Origin: an uncultured Fibrobacteria bacterium
GTDB taxonomy: Bacteria; Fibrobacterota; Fibrobacteria; UBA11236
Assembly: GCA_963716395.1 (NCBI GenBank)
Contig: OY970309.1
Location: 128,001-192,000 of the forward strand
Length of the DNA stretch: 64,000 bases
Direction of reading: 5' to 3'
Part shown: positions 27,070 through 36,934 of the stretch, piece by piece
How the letters are laid out: each line of letters starts with the position of its first letter
Position numbering within the stretch: the first letter of the stretch is position 1
Notes under the pieces: model-generated
Database searches by the model: none
Seen by the model: the letters and a program-made list of their open reading frames with translations, nothing else
What the model was told of the DNA's origin: nothing
Program-made: the position numbers and the translations under genes

Positions 27070-28272
27070 ATGGGGTATGACGTCATCGTGGCCGGTGGCG
27101 GCATCATCGGCTTATCCTCCGCCTGGAAAATTTTAGAGCGCTTCCCAAACTGTAAACTTCTACTGCTCGAAAAAGAAACCGGGTTGGCCCGGCATCAGAC
27201 CGGGCGCAACAGCGGCGTATTGCATTCCGGAATCTATTATGCTCCGGGTTCCCTCAAGGCGAAACTTTGCCGGCAGGGCCGCCAAGAACTACTGGAGTTC
27301 GCAGCGGCGGAGAAGGTGGCCCACGAGGTTTGCGGCAAGGTAATCGTCGCCACCCATGAGGCAGAACTGCGACGTCTGGTGGACCTGGAATTGCGGGCCG
27401 GGCAAAACGGGTTGCCCGTCTCCCGCTTGGATGCCGCCGGGCTAAAATCCGTCGAACCCAACGTGCGCGGTCTGGCGGCATTGTTCGTGCCCGACACCGG
27501 CATCATCGATTTCGCGGGAGTGTGCCACCGGCTGGCGGAGCGCATTCGCAGGCACGGCGGGGAGATTCGCATCGGCCAGGGTGTCCAGCGGGTTTCCGGC
27601 CGGCGCGGTAACAAATCGGTTACCACGAATCAAAGCGCTTTCGTGGGTGATTTCTTTCTCAACTGTGGAGGGCTGTATTCCGATCGATTGGCGGTTTTAG
27701 ATGGGTTGCGACCCGAGGTTTCCATCATTCCCTTCCGCGGAGAGTACTTCACCCTGGCGCCCGGCGCCGCACATCTGGTACGCAACCTAATCTACCCCGT
27801 TCCCGATCCGGCCTTTCCTTTTCTGGGGGTGCATTTCACCCGCATGGTGCTGGGAGGCGTCGAGTGCGGCCCCAATGCGGTGTTGGCCTTCGGGCGCGAA
27901 GCCTATACCCGCTGGCAGGGAAACCTGCGTGATACCTGGGCGATTTTCCGCCACCCCGGGTTCCGCCTGCTGGCAAAAAGGTATTGGCGCATGGGATGGG
28001 GCGAATTCCGTCGCTCGTTCTACAAACCGGCTTTTGTCGCCGCCTTGCAAAGGCTGGTGCCCGCCGTGACCGCCGACATGTTGACTCCCCGGGCCGCCGG
28101 AATTCGCGCCCAAGCCCTGCAGCCGGATGGGAAGCTGGTCGATGACTTTTGCTTCGCCGCAGGCGACGGCAGCCTGCATGTGCTGAACGCCCCATCTCCG
28201 GCCGCCACCGCCGCCTTGGCCATCGGAGAGCATATCGCGCAGCGCTACGCAGCCATGGCCAATGCGAATTGA
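27070..28272 (+). CDS. lhgO: L-2-hydroxyglutarate oxidase-like FAD oxidoreductase
   Basis: GGGIIG, HQTGRNSGVLHSGIYY, PFRGEY, PFLGVHFT, GPNAV, NAPSPAATA. Confidence 0.9.
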   Translation: MGYDVIVAGGGIIGLSSAWKILERFPNCKLLLLEKETGLARHQTGRNSGVLHSGIYYAPGSLKAKLCRQGRQELLEFAAAEKVAHEVCGKVIVATHEAELRRLVDLELRAGQNGLPVSRLDAAGLKSVEPNVRGLAALFVPDTGIIDFAGVCHRLAERIRRHGGEIRIGQGVQRVSGRRGNKSVTTNQSAFVGDFFLNCGGLYSDRLAVLDGLRPEVSIIPFRGEYFTLAPGAAHLVRNLIYPVPDPAFPFLGVHFTRMVLGGVECGPNAVLAFGREAYTRWQGNLRDTWAIFRHPGFRLLAKRYWRMGWGEFRRSFYKPAFVAALQRLVPAVTADMLTPRAAGIRAQALQPDGKLVDDFCFAAGDGSLHVLNAPSPAATAALAIGEHIAQRYAAMANAN

Positions 28273-28510
28273 GACTGAAATACGACCTCGAATGCCGCTA
28301 TGACTTTGGAACTCTCATCCAGCTCACCCTGTATGGCTGGCCGGCCAAAGTCGAAAATGGAGGATACGCCTTTGCATTTACAACACAGCAAGGTATAACT
28401 GTTAAAATCTAAGATCGCCAATCTTACTTTTAATTACACTTGTTCATTTACAAACCCATTCCCGCAGGAACATGTTCTGTTGTATGAATGGCAAAACTCT
28501 CCACACTCCC

Positions 28511-29872
28511 ATGAAACTTTTTCGTTCCGAGTCTGATGCCACCAGCATTTGGAGTGTCGCCCTTCCCCTGGGGTTGATCACTCTTGTATGGATGGTTTTG
28601 CGGTGGCGCTTTTTCTTTGGCTTCCTTGGATATGATGACCTTTGGTATGCGAATTATGCCTCGAAATGGGGGGCGACACCTATAAACCATTGGGAAGTTC
28701 GTGTGCTTTTCACGGGTCTGATTCGTTTATGCACCGACCTTTTCGGAAAAAACGAATTTGGCACCACGGCACCCGCGCTTGCCTCATCCCTAGTGATGCT
28801 CTTCGTCATTTTTCGCCTCGGGTGGAAGCAATCGGGGCTAGTCGGAGCCTGTATTGGAGGAGCACTCTTCGCGCTGTTGCCCCAGGATATATTCTCCTCA
28901 ACCTCGGTGGATGTTGTTGCATTAACATCGGCGCTGTCTTCCGTAGGGATCCTAGTTCTCCTGGAGAAGCCCGGAAATTGGGGCGTCGTGCTTTCGGGGA
29001 TTTTCCTTGGCCTCGCGATATTTTCCCACTTCTATGCATTACTCGTGGTGGGCGCAGTTGCCTTTGCCTGGCTAATACATTCCGCCCCTGTTTGGCGGTG
29101 GAAGGAATCCACACTCCTGTTTTTAACAAGTATCGGAGTATTCCTGTTAGTTAATTCGCTGACCTTTTATTGGATGACTGGAAGCGTTCTCTTTCCATAC
29201 AAGGTATCGGCGGAATCGCACCTACAGACTTTTGGAGATATTGTTTACAATCTTAGTTGGCTTATCTGGCCACTCAAATCCTTTGTCTTCACGAATGAAT
29301 TCGGAATTCTTCTATTAGTGACGGCCGGCGCTTTAGCGGTAACTTGGAGAAAAGCAAATAAGGAAATTCGTTTTCTCGGTTTATTTTCGGCCATTTTTTT
29401 CCTATACGTGAATTGGGGGACCCAGCTTCCGACTCAATATCTTCCTCTTTGGCATTTGCCGAGATACTGGTACCCATTGGCGGTCCCAGTATGCGTTACC
29501 GTCGGATATTGCTTGAATCTGCTTCCTCGCCGCTTTGGATGGGTACTTGCTATCTCAACGGCCAGCATCCAAGTGCTCATGATTCTGATGGCAGGCCCTT
29601 GGGGGCAGAACGTGGAGGTCAGTAAGACACTTCTCCACTACGCCCAAGCCCACCCCAAAACCCGTTTTGCCACAGATGGACTCAGTTTGAATGAAATGTT
29701 CGTCCTCAATGGATGCACACCTCCGGCGAACATATTTCCAATTCGCAACCTGGTTCAACCCGAGTTTTATTCGGTACCGGAAAGCTCACAGATTAATCCA
29801 TCATCGCGACCGCTTTCTCCTCCTTCTCAACTTGAGCCAAGCCGGACGCAATGGATTTGCTCCCTTGCTTAA
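28511..29872 (+). CDS. GT-C fold (ArnT-like) membrane glycosyltransferase; 3' end possibly frameshifted (may extend to 30007)
   Basis: GYDDLWY acidic motif after TM1, many TM helices, PRYWYP; protein-like sequence continues in shifted frames after ~29800. Confidence 0.7.
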   Translation: MKLFRSESDATSIWSVALPLGLITLVWMVLRWRFFFGFLGYDDLWYANYASKWGATPINHWEVRVLFTGLIRLCTDLFGKNEFGTTAPALASSLVMLFVIFRLGWKQSGLVGACIGGALFALLPQDIFSSTSVDVVALTSALSSVGILVLLEKPGNWGVVLSGIFLGLAIFSHFYALLVVGAVAFAWLIHSAPVWRWKESTLLFLTSIGVFLLVNSLTFYWMTGSVLFPYKVSAESHLQTFGDIVYNLSWLIWPLKSFVFTNEFGILLLVTAGALAVTWRKANKEIRFLGLFSAIFFLYVNWGTQLPTQYLPLWHLPRYWYPLAVPVCVTVGYCLNLLPRRFGWVLAISTASIQVLMILMAGPWGQNVEVSKTLLHYAQAHPKTRFATDGLSLNEMFVLNGCTPPANIFPIRNLVQPEFYSVPESSQINPSSRPLSPPSQLEPSRTQWICSLA

Positions 29873-30257
29873 ATTGGCCTCCCAGGGCAAATGGGTCAAT
29901 ATTGGCCGGCTCGTTACCGCACCCTATCTAAATTCCTTCCAGAGATTATAGGAAAACGATCTTTCATGCTCCGGCATCCCCCCCCCGCGGTGGTAACTTT
30001 CCCCTGACGCGAAGATCGGGAACCTTCTTCGCGCGTGAATCCAATTGAGTTCTGCCCCTTCTTGCCGTTTTTATCCTACTGGTCGCAGGTATAGCCCCTA
30101 GCCTCCGTCCATAGGATTTGCTGTAGCATTCTACCTGTGGCACGACATCTTCAGGCCTCTAAATTTCGCGCACATCCACGGTGCGCTTTCCACCGTCGAC
30201 CTGGTAATTGTATTACTGGTAGTGTCTTGTATATTCAACGCAGCGAAAGGGAGCCCA

Positions 30258-31727
30258 TCACTTCATCAAGGTCACGACTTGCGTTTGGATTCGGTCGGAA
30301 TAATTCGCCCGTACGAGGTACATACCTGGAGCGTTTCCTGAAACATTCCACGTGAAGATACCCTGTGCCCCCGGCGTCAGTTCCGCAATCCGGGTTCCGG
30401 AAATACTGCGGATGGTCAAGCGTGTTGGAAATTCCCGGCCCGCCCCCGGGGAAAAGCGCACCACCTTGTCCATTTGATCCATTCGCATCTTCAGCGGACC
30501 AATTTGGGAAGACGGAGAGTCCTTCCCGATCGAGGCGGTGTTCAAATTCACCTTGAATACGTGAAAGATGGGACCGTCAAAATATCCCGTCCCGGGATCC
30601 GCTTTCATTTGCGAGATGAAAATCCGTTGCGTGGCAGGGTCATAAGCGGCCCCACCGATTAGGTGCTTGTCATCGCTTTCAAACGGCAAGTCGAAGGTCC
30701 ACACCGCATTAGGGGTAATTTCCCACGGCTGCATTTTTCCCTCATGCACTCGGGTGAAATCCATGGCGTCATAGGCCCATATTTGGTACACATAAGGGTA
30801 GGCATGATCCCCTTTGGAAGCGTCGGCCGGATCATTGCAATCCACTCCCCCGATTCCATAACAAAAATCCCCGACGCCATTGCTGCCGATAAATAAAATC
30901 GTCCGGGATCCATTGGGAAAAACCACGCCGTTGACTTGGCTGCATCCGTTGAACAAAGTGTCTATTCCCGCGGTCCCAAAGACACCCAAGGTGGGGTGGG
31001 CCGTGCTGTAGTACACCAAGGGATTGACGGGGACGGGATTTTTCACCCCCATATTGACCGGGTCGAAGGTGAAGGCGGCCGGTCCCCATGAAGTACGGGA
31101 TATGATGGGAATGCAGCATTGGCCCGTGATGGCCGGACCGCCCAGCGAGTCGCGCCAGGCCGGGGGCACCAAGGTCATATAACCCGATACGAATCCCGCC
31201 CCCATGGTTCCCAGTTGATAGGGACCGGTAATATCCCCCGTCAGCGCCAAGTTGGGGGAGGACACGAAATGCGACAGGACTTGGGTTGCATTCGCATCAT
31301 AATATGTCCATCCGGTGACGATGATCTTTCCGTTGTACGGCAAATACCCGCCGATGTCTTTCGCGTTTGGATCGCCGGGATTGATGTTTGGCAATCCCCC
31401 TTCGGTGATATCCGTGAAATTCTGGAGGAAGGTTGCGGTCTTCAGTTGATTCATGTCGCTGCTGTTGACGAGGGTCGGAATGCTGATTTCCGCCGTCAAT
31501 TGATCGTGGCTGGTTACCCATAGGGAGTTGTCGGCGGAATCATAGGCAATGGCCGTGCCTCCAAAGCTGAAATCGGTTTCCGGAACGCGGAAGGCGCCTT
31601 GATAAACCAAATTCGATTTTTGCAAAAGGGTCGCGCTTGCTTGCGCTGTGGCGGGAGTTGCGAGCCATAGGTGGAGTAAAACCGTTGCGGCGAAAATTCC
31701 CGTGCTCGATTGGATTTGAGTCGACAT
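30258..31727 (-). CDS. Secreted beta-rich (propeller-like) protein with a C-terminal T9SS/FlgD-like Ig domain
   Basis: RBS-like GGAAAGG; signal peptide ending ATAQA; LVYQGAFRVP; C-terminal IRSISGTRIAEL...WNVSGNAPGMYLVR...VVTLMK. Confidence 0.7.
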   Translation of the reverse strand: MSTQIQSSTGIFAATVLLHLWLATPATAQASATLLQKSNLVYQGAFRVPETDFSFGGTAIAYDSADNSLWVTSHDQLTAEISIPTLVNSSDMNQLKTATFLQNFTDITEGGLPNINPGDPNAKDIGGYLPYNGKIIVTGWTYYDANATQVLSHFVSSPNLALTGDITGPYQLGTMGAGFVSGYMTLVPPAWRDSLGGPAITGQCCIPIISRTSWGPAAFTFDPVNMGVKNPVPVNPLVYYSTAHPTLGVFGTAGIDTLFNGCSQVNGVVFPNGSRTILFIGSNGVGDFCYGIGGVDCNDPADASKGDHAYPYVYQIWAYDAMDFTRVHEGKMQPWEITPNAVWTFDLPFESDDKHLIGGAAYDPATQRIFISQMKADPGTGYFDGPIFHVFKVNLNTASIGKDSPSSQIGPLKMRMDQMDKVVRFSPGAGREFPTRLTIRSISGTRIAELTPGAQGIFTWNVSGNAPGMYLVRANYSDRIQTQVVTLMK

Positions 31728-31805
31728 GCTGATTGCCTTTCCAAATAATTTCCAAATAGTTTTCACGTTAGGCTCACGACATGCATTATACCACCTCAGT
31801 TCCCA

Positions 31806-32200
31806 GTTATGGTACGTCTAACGTTTCTTAACCTGTGCGATTTTCGTCCTGAATTGCCCGGTGGTAGCCGCCAGGGTAAACACCTTGGGGTTTTGGGCGT
31901 GCTTTTTGTTTTATTTCTGAATTGCCTTTACCAAGGAGGGCGCATTTCGGAATGCCCCGCGACGAGTCCGTTTGCCCGTGATTTCCCCAAAACCAGCGCT
32001 CACCTTATTGAGCCAGGGAGTCATCGGAATAAGGTGAAGATGAAATCGATTATGGTATTTCAAAAAACTGGACGCGCGGACAAGCTTAAACGTCTGGAAC
32101 AAATGAGGCTTCAAACGGTACCGAGGCCAAATCCGGTGAATTCAGCCTCACTCAAGCCTTGCGCTTTGGCAAGCGCGCAAATGCTCCAATGCGCGGCGAA
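31806..32200 (-). mobile_element. Internally deleted, frameshifted IS630-family transposase remnant
   Basis: Minus-strand frames give AAHWSICALAKAQGLSEA / HRIWPRYRLKPHLFQTFKL (HTH region) joined to RFHLHLIPMTPWLNKV...ITGKRTRRGAFRNAPSLVKAI / NPKVF (end of the DDE domain). Confidence 0.8.
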
Positions 32201-33534
32201 AGATATTGGTCAATCCAATAAAATATTTGGCAAACCGAACCTATTACAAGGACCGAAATAATGGGAAACTTATAACGCAAGTTAATATGGGTCACCAGGT
32301 ACGGCAGAAAAAAACACGAAACAAGTGCAAGCCCCATAATGGCTTCTTCATCTTTTCTACCGAGGGCACGAATACTATACAATGCGAAAAGGATCAAAAG
32401 CGCCCAATGATAAATCGACTTCGAATACTCGTAAAAGCTTTGCGTCCTAAGGGGGAGCCAAAAAAAAGCGGCCCGATGAACACAGAGTAACAGAAATTTT
32501 CCGAAATTCGATTTGATCCAAGCCAAGGCGACATTTTTTTTGAGCGCCATATATTTCAGCTCGCCAAGTTTTCGATATAATTTTTGTTCATCAGGATTTG
32601 ACCAGGGGTGCAAATAATCAAAAACCCTTAGCTTGCCGACATATACATTATTCTGATACGTCTCCCCATTCGCCCATTTGTTATTACCGATGTATAACTC
32701 AAGCCCAAGATTACTACGTGACATTACAAAACCACCCAGTTTTTGTTGGTTTCTCAGCCCCCAGGGAAGCACAATCATACACGTCATAATCACCGTCAGA
32801 CCGATTTTAAGCCGGACTTCTCGGTTCCTAAAGTGCGAATGAAGTTCGTAAAGCCAGAAAAGCGACATATAAAGAAGGAATGCCGGTGTGGTAAGCGCCG
32901 AAATGCCACTAATTATACCGAGAAAAAAAATTGTGCGAACCCTCTTCCAATTTTCACGGTGTACTATAACAGTTAATAGGAGCAGCAATTGAAGCAAAAT
33001 TCCTAGCAAAACTGTTTCATGCGCACCTTCCGTAGTAAACCATAAGAAATACGGATTGAGGATCATAAAGCTACAGGCAATCAATCCTGCGAACATGGAC
33101 TGACGATATATTTTTACGGTAATTACATATGCGAGCAGTGCATTAAGGAGATCCAGAAGAATCGAAAATACGGATTGTCCAATACAGGCAGAAAGTTTAG
33201 GAGGCAACCCTACGATACGATAAAGGACCGATAGCAAAAAGGGGAATACGGGAGAAATGTGGGCTGAAGGAATTCCGTCCGTATTGGGGAAAGGACCGGC
33301 AAAGCCTTGGCCTTTAACCAGAGATACGGCAACCCGCATGTTTTCGGCGACATTATTCTGAAAGAAGCCATTTCGACGAGCGAACTCGACACGCGCAACA
33401 AACCCAATAATAAAAATTACAGTTATTAATACATAGAATAATCGCGGGGGGATGCATTTCCATTCAACTTCCCGATTTACCGTCTGATTTTTTAGCATAG
33501 AGAACTCGATATCCTTTTTGTAATCCACTTTCAT
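32152..33534 (-). CDS. GT-C fold (ArnT-like) membrane glycosyltransferase, AT-rich
   Basis: VAVSLVKGQGF..PF...PSAHISPVFP, PWGLRN...SNLGLELYIGNN, RYKFPI; multiple TM helices. Confidence 0.75.
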   Translation of the reverse strand: MKVDYKKDIEFSMLKNQTVNREVEWKCIPPRLFYVLITVIFIIGFVARVEFARRNGFFQNNVAENMRVAVSLVKGQGFAGPFPNTDGIPSAHISPVFPFLLSVLYRIVGLPPKLSACIGQSVFSILLDLLNALLAYVITVKIYRQSMFAGLIACSFMILNPYFLWFTTEGAHETVLLGILLQLLLLLTVIVHRENWKRVRTIFFLGIISGISALTTPAFLLYMSLFWLYELHSHFRNREVRLKIGLTVIMTCMIVLPWGLRNQQKLGGFVMSRSNLGLELYIGNNKWANGETYQNNVYVGKLRVFDYLHPWSNPDEQKLYRKLGELKYMALKKNVALAWIKSNFGKFLLLCVHRAAFFWLPLRTQSFYEYSKSIYHWALLILFALYSIRALGRKDEEAIMGLALVSCFFLPYLVTHINLRYKFPIISVLVIGSVCQIFYWIDQYLSPRIGAFARLPKRKA

Positions 33535-33585
33535 TGCCCAATTATTTGGGATAATAATTCGTTTCGACGCCGATGAGCCCCCGGC

Positions 33586-34083
33586 GTGCCCAAGGATCTA
33601 CATCTATTCTATTTCCCTCTTTTTATTTTAGCGTTTTCTTTTTCCTTTGATTCGGTTTATGCACCTGTCAAGAAAGTAGTTTTACTTGCTTTTATCACGG
33701 CCCTGGCAATCAATTTTGTTAGTGTGTCAAACACATATAAAACCGCACTTTGGCCTTTCGATTCCCATACATCAGAAATTTTATCATTTCTTAATGCAAA
33801 AGCGGAAAAAATAAACAAAAAGATAAAATTGGATTTTTCATGGCCTTTTCAAAGTTCTATAGAATTTTATAAGAATAAAAACTTATTCCCTTTGGTTTCA
33901 GTGGTCAAAAATAAAACTGACCAGGAAAAATTAAACCTTGAAGCTCAATACTATATATATTTTAACAAGTCTCTGAAAAAAAACGGCTACAACGCCTTAA
34001 CTCAGAAAATTTTGAACTATAAAAAAGACACTATATTATCTTTTAAAAAAGAGGGGGTTTATGTTTTTTCAAATATAAGGTAA
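33586..34083 (+). pseudogene. Very AT-rich C-terminal fragment of a membrane/periplasmic (GT-C-like) protein
   Basis: Begins mid-TM (LFYFPLFIL) directly after an abrupt GC-to-AT junction; two TM helices plus a soluble tail; no RBS. Confidence 0.45.
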
Positions 34084-34372
34084 CTGGATCGCTTCTCTTG
34101 CTTTATCAATTTGCACCCAATTCGATTTATAGGTGATGCGTAAACTGAAGGCTTTTTCCTTCAAAGTCCTACTACTGAAACCCGATTTTATGGCTGCCTC
34201 ATGCCCTAACTGGATAACTTTCCCCGTAATTCACCTTCCACACCCAAACCGTAAAACCCAAATTCCGCAGGCAGCTTCCAGGATGTGAATACCTTCACGT
34301 TTATTTTTTATATCTAGGGTAAATACGGGTTTCCCCAATTTCCATGGATTTCACCTGCGCGACATTCCAAAT

Positions 34373-35653
34373 ATGACAACACTACCACCATTGAGCAAAA
34401 AAACCCGCTTCCAACTCTGGACAGTAACATTCGGGATACTTTTCTTTGGCATGTTGTCGATGGCTCGTTTCTACGTCTATTATGGCAGATTGCTCAACGG
34501 TTGGGATGCGCAGTTTTATTACGCAACCGCACGAAGCTTTCTTTTCAACCATACCACCGACATTACGGCGGCCCTTAAACAGACACCATGGACCCGACCG
34601 TTTGATAGGGACGGCGATGGTGTAATGGAGGCGGTCCCTTTAAAACCAAACGGCGAATTTCAGTCCAAATACCCAATCGGTTTACCGCTCGCTGAATGTT
34701 TGCTTCTCGCTCTTGCTTACGTAATCCGTCGCGCGCTTGAATCTATCGGTTTCCATATTCTCGGACCGCCTGGCCTGTCTCTTTTTGAAATTGCTTTCGT
34801 CGCCCAGGGCTTATGGTGGTTTACGGTTTACGGTCTCAATCGCCTTGGAAAGTTCTGCACGGCTTGGTCGCATGTGGATCGCTGGCATTGGCCAATCGTC
34901 GTCGCCTTGCTCGGCACCACCCTTTTCTATTACTCTGCGATGTTTCCATTCATGGTGCACTGTCTCGGATTCACGGTTACCGTACTCTGGCTTATCGAGA
35001 TAAAAGGGCTCACCGAGGACTCACGCTCAGGCTATCATCTGGCGATGTTGGGCGCATATGCTGGACTTCTCTTTCTTATCCGCCCCCAGCAGGTGTTGCT
35101 GCCGCTTCTCTCAACGCCCTGGATCATAAAACCACTGCTCAAGGAAAAGAAGATGAACTGGCTGCCAGGTGCCGCCGTGGGCATACTATGCTCTCTAGCG
35201 GCCATCGCCGCAACGTTATGGTACAACAAAACGCAGTTTGGTGTTTACACGCTCAACGGATATGCTGCCGCCAATGAGCACTTCGATTTCCTGCATCCCA
35301 AGATTTATTACGTACTGTTTGGAATCGAACGCGGTCTTTTTTATTACAGCCCTATCGTGCTGCTTTCTATTCCTGGCATCATCACAATCTGGAGGAAGGA
35401 CAAGTTGGGATGGATTGTTCCAGTAATCCTAAACGCGATTGCGCAGATTTTTCTCGTCGCAGCATGGTGGTGTCCAAGCCAGGGAGACGCCTTCGGCCTA
35501 CGTATGTGGACTGAAAACGTGCCTCTCGTCGCCATGGGTTTGTCCGCCACACCAGCGCGGTTCCTCAAGAAAGGATGGCCTTTTGCGCTTGGATGTTCAG
35601 CGTGCATCCTTTGGAGCTTTTTTCTGCTTTTCAGGTACAACCATTGGACGTGA
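34373..35653 (+). CDS. GT-C-like multi-pass membrane protein
   Basis: WDAQFYYATARS, SKYPIG, LIRPQ, RGLFYYSP, FGLRM. Confidence 0.7.
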   Translation: MTTLPPLSKKTRFQLWTVTFGILFFGMLSMARFYVYYGRLLNGWDAQFYYATARSFLFNHTTDITAALKQTPWTRPFDRDGDGVMEAVPLKPNGEFQSKYPIGLPLAECLLLALAYVIRRALESIGFHILGPPGLSLFEIAFVAQGLWWFTVYGLNRLGKFCTAWSHVDRWHWPIVVALLGTTLFYYSAMFPFMVHCLGFTVTVLWLIEIKGLTEDSRSGYHLAMLGAYAGLLFLIRPQQVLLPLLSTPWIIKPLLKEKKMNWLPGAAVGILCSLAAIAATLWYNKTQFGVYTLNGYAAANEHFDFLHPKIYYVLFGIERGLFYYSPIVLLSIPGIITIWRKDKLGWIVPVILNAIAQIFLVAAWWCPSQGDAFGLRMWTENVPLVAMGLSATPARFLKKGWPFALGCSACILWSFFLLFRYNHWT

Positions 35654-35773
35654 TTGGGTATTTCGTACTTCCCCTTACCTGCTATTTTTTCGCTTTTTGT
35701 CAACGGTAGGTTGTCGTTGTATAGCCGGTAGCAATGCGAAGGCATCGACAACCTCTCTATATTTCTTTCGCCC

Positions 35774-36934
35774 ATGTTCACACCCCATTCCGGCCTGAGC
35801 AAATCGGCTTTCGTGGTTTTTTCCGACGATTGGGGCCGCCATCCCTCCAGTTGCCAGCACCTGTTTCGCAGAGCTTTGCCGCAGGCTGAAATCCTGTGGG
35901 TGAACACTGTGGGGCTGCGCGTTCCGCGTTTGACCCGTTATGATTTCAAACGCGCCGGCGAAATCCTGCGGCATTGGATTTCTCCCCGCCCCAACACGTC
36001 GTTTACCTCCGCCGAAGTATCGCCGCATATCCTGCGGCCCATGATGCTGCCTTTTTTCCAGTGGGCGTGGGCACGCGCACTGAACCACATCTTGATCCGG
36101 CGAAAACTTCGACGCGCTTTGCAAGGCTTTGCGCCGGGCAAACGAAAAATTCTGGTCAGCACTTTGCCCATCATTCCCTTCGCCTTTCACATGCCCGAAT
36201 TCGCGCGCAAGGTGTATTACTGCGTCGACGATTTCACCACCTGGCCCGGCGTCAGCGGACCTACCATGTTACGGCTCGAAGCACAAACCTTGCCGGCCTG
36301 CGATCTGCTCGTCGCCGTGTCGTCCCGCCTGCTGCAAAGCCGCGGCCCCATGGTGCGCATCGGCCATTTGCTGACACATGGCGTCGATGTCGAACATTTC
36401 GCGTACCCCCAAACTCCGGCCGTACGACTCGCTGCCATTCCCCGCCCCATTCTCGGCATGTTCGGGTCGTTCGACGCGCGGGTTGACGCCGGCATTCTGC
36501 GCGCCTTGTCCCAAGCGCTGCCCCAGGCGCATCTCGTCGTACTCGGCCCGGTGGACCGCGATCGCGCCGAGTTCGACGCGCTTCCCCATCTGCATTTTCT
36601 CGGCAGCGTGCTCTATGAAGAATTGCCCGGCGAAGCCGCCCGCTTCGATGTCTGCCTTCTACCCTACAAGGTCGACGCGTCGACGGTCAATATCAACCCG
36701 CTCAAACTGAAAGAATATCTAGCCACCGGCAAACCCGTCATCAGTACCCCTTTGCCCGAAGCGGAAAAACTCGCCGATTATGTTCGCGTGGTCCCGGCCG
36801 AAAACTTCGCGGCCGCCGTGGTTGAAGCTCTGCGCGACCCGGCACCGCGGCCGGGGTTGGCGGAATTTCTGGCCGGCGAATCATGGGACGCCAAGGCGGA
36901 ACAATTTTTCCGCTGGATTCTGGATGGCACATGA
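35774..36934 (+). CDS. GT4-like glycosyltransferase (TuaH-like)
   Basis: FSDDWGRHPSSCQHL, YYCVDDF, THGVD, NPLKLKEYLATGKP. Confidence 0.88.
   Translation: MFTPHSGLSKSAFVVFSDDWGRHPSSCQHLFRRALPQAEILWVNTVGLRVPRLTRYDFKRAGEILRHWISPRPNTSFTSAEVSPHILRPMMLPFFQWAWARALNHILIRRKLRRALQGFAPGKRKILVSTLPIIPFAFHMPEFARKVYYCVDDFTTWPGVSGPTMLRLEAQTLPACDLLVAVSSRLLQSRGPMVRIGHLLTHGVDVEHFAYPQTPAVRLAAIPRPILGMFGSFDARVDAGILRALSQALPQAHLVVLGPVDRDRAEFDALPHLHFLGSVLYEELPGEAARFDVCLLPYKVDASTVNINPLKLKEYLATGKPVISTPLPEAEKLADYVRVVPAENFAAAVVEALRDPAPRPGLAEFLAGESWDAKAEQFFRWILDGT

Noticed and set aside
28269-28412. 47-codon TTG ORF overlapping the lhgO stop
   Set aside because: Protein-like but short and motif-free; it may be a remnant at the island boundary, so it is not supportable as a gene.
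31767-31822. GTTAGGC...GTCTAAC resembling integron attC core sites
   Set aside because: The order is the reverse of an attC, there is no internal palindrome or integrase, and the second motif is explained by the IS630 3' end.
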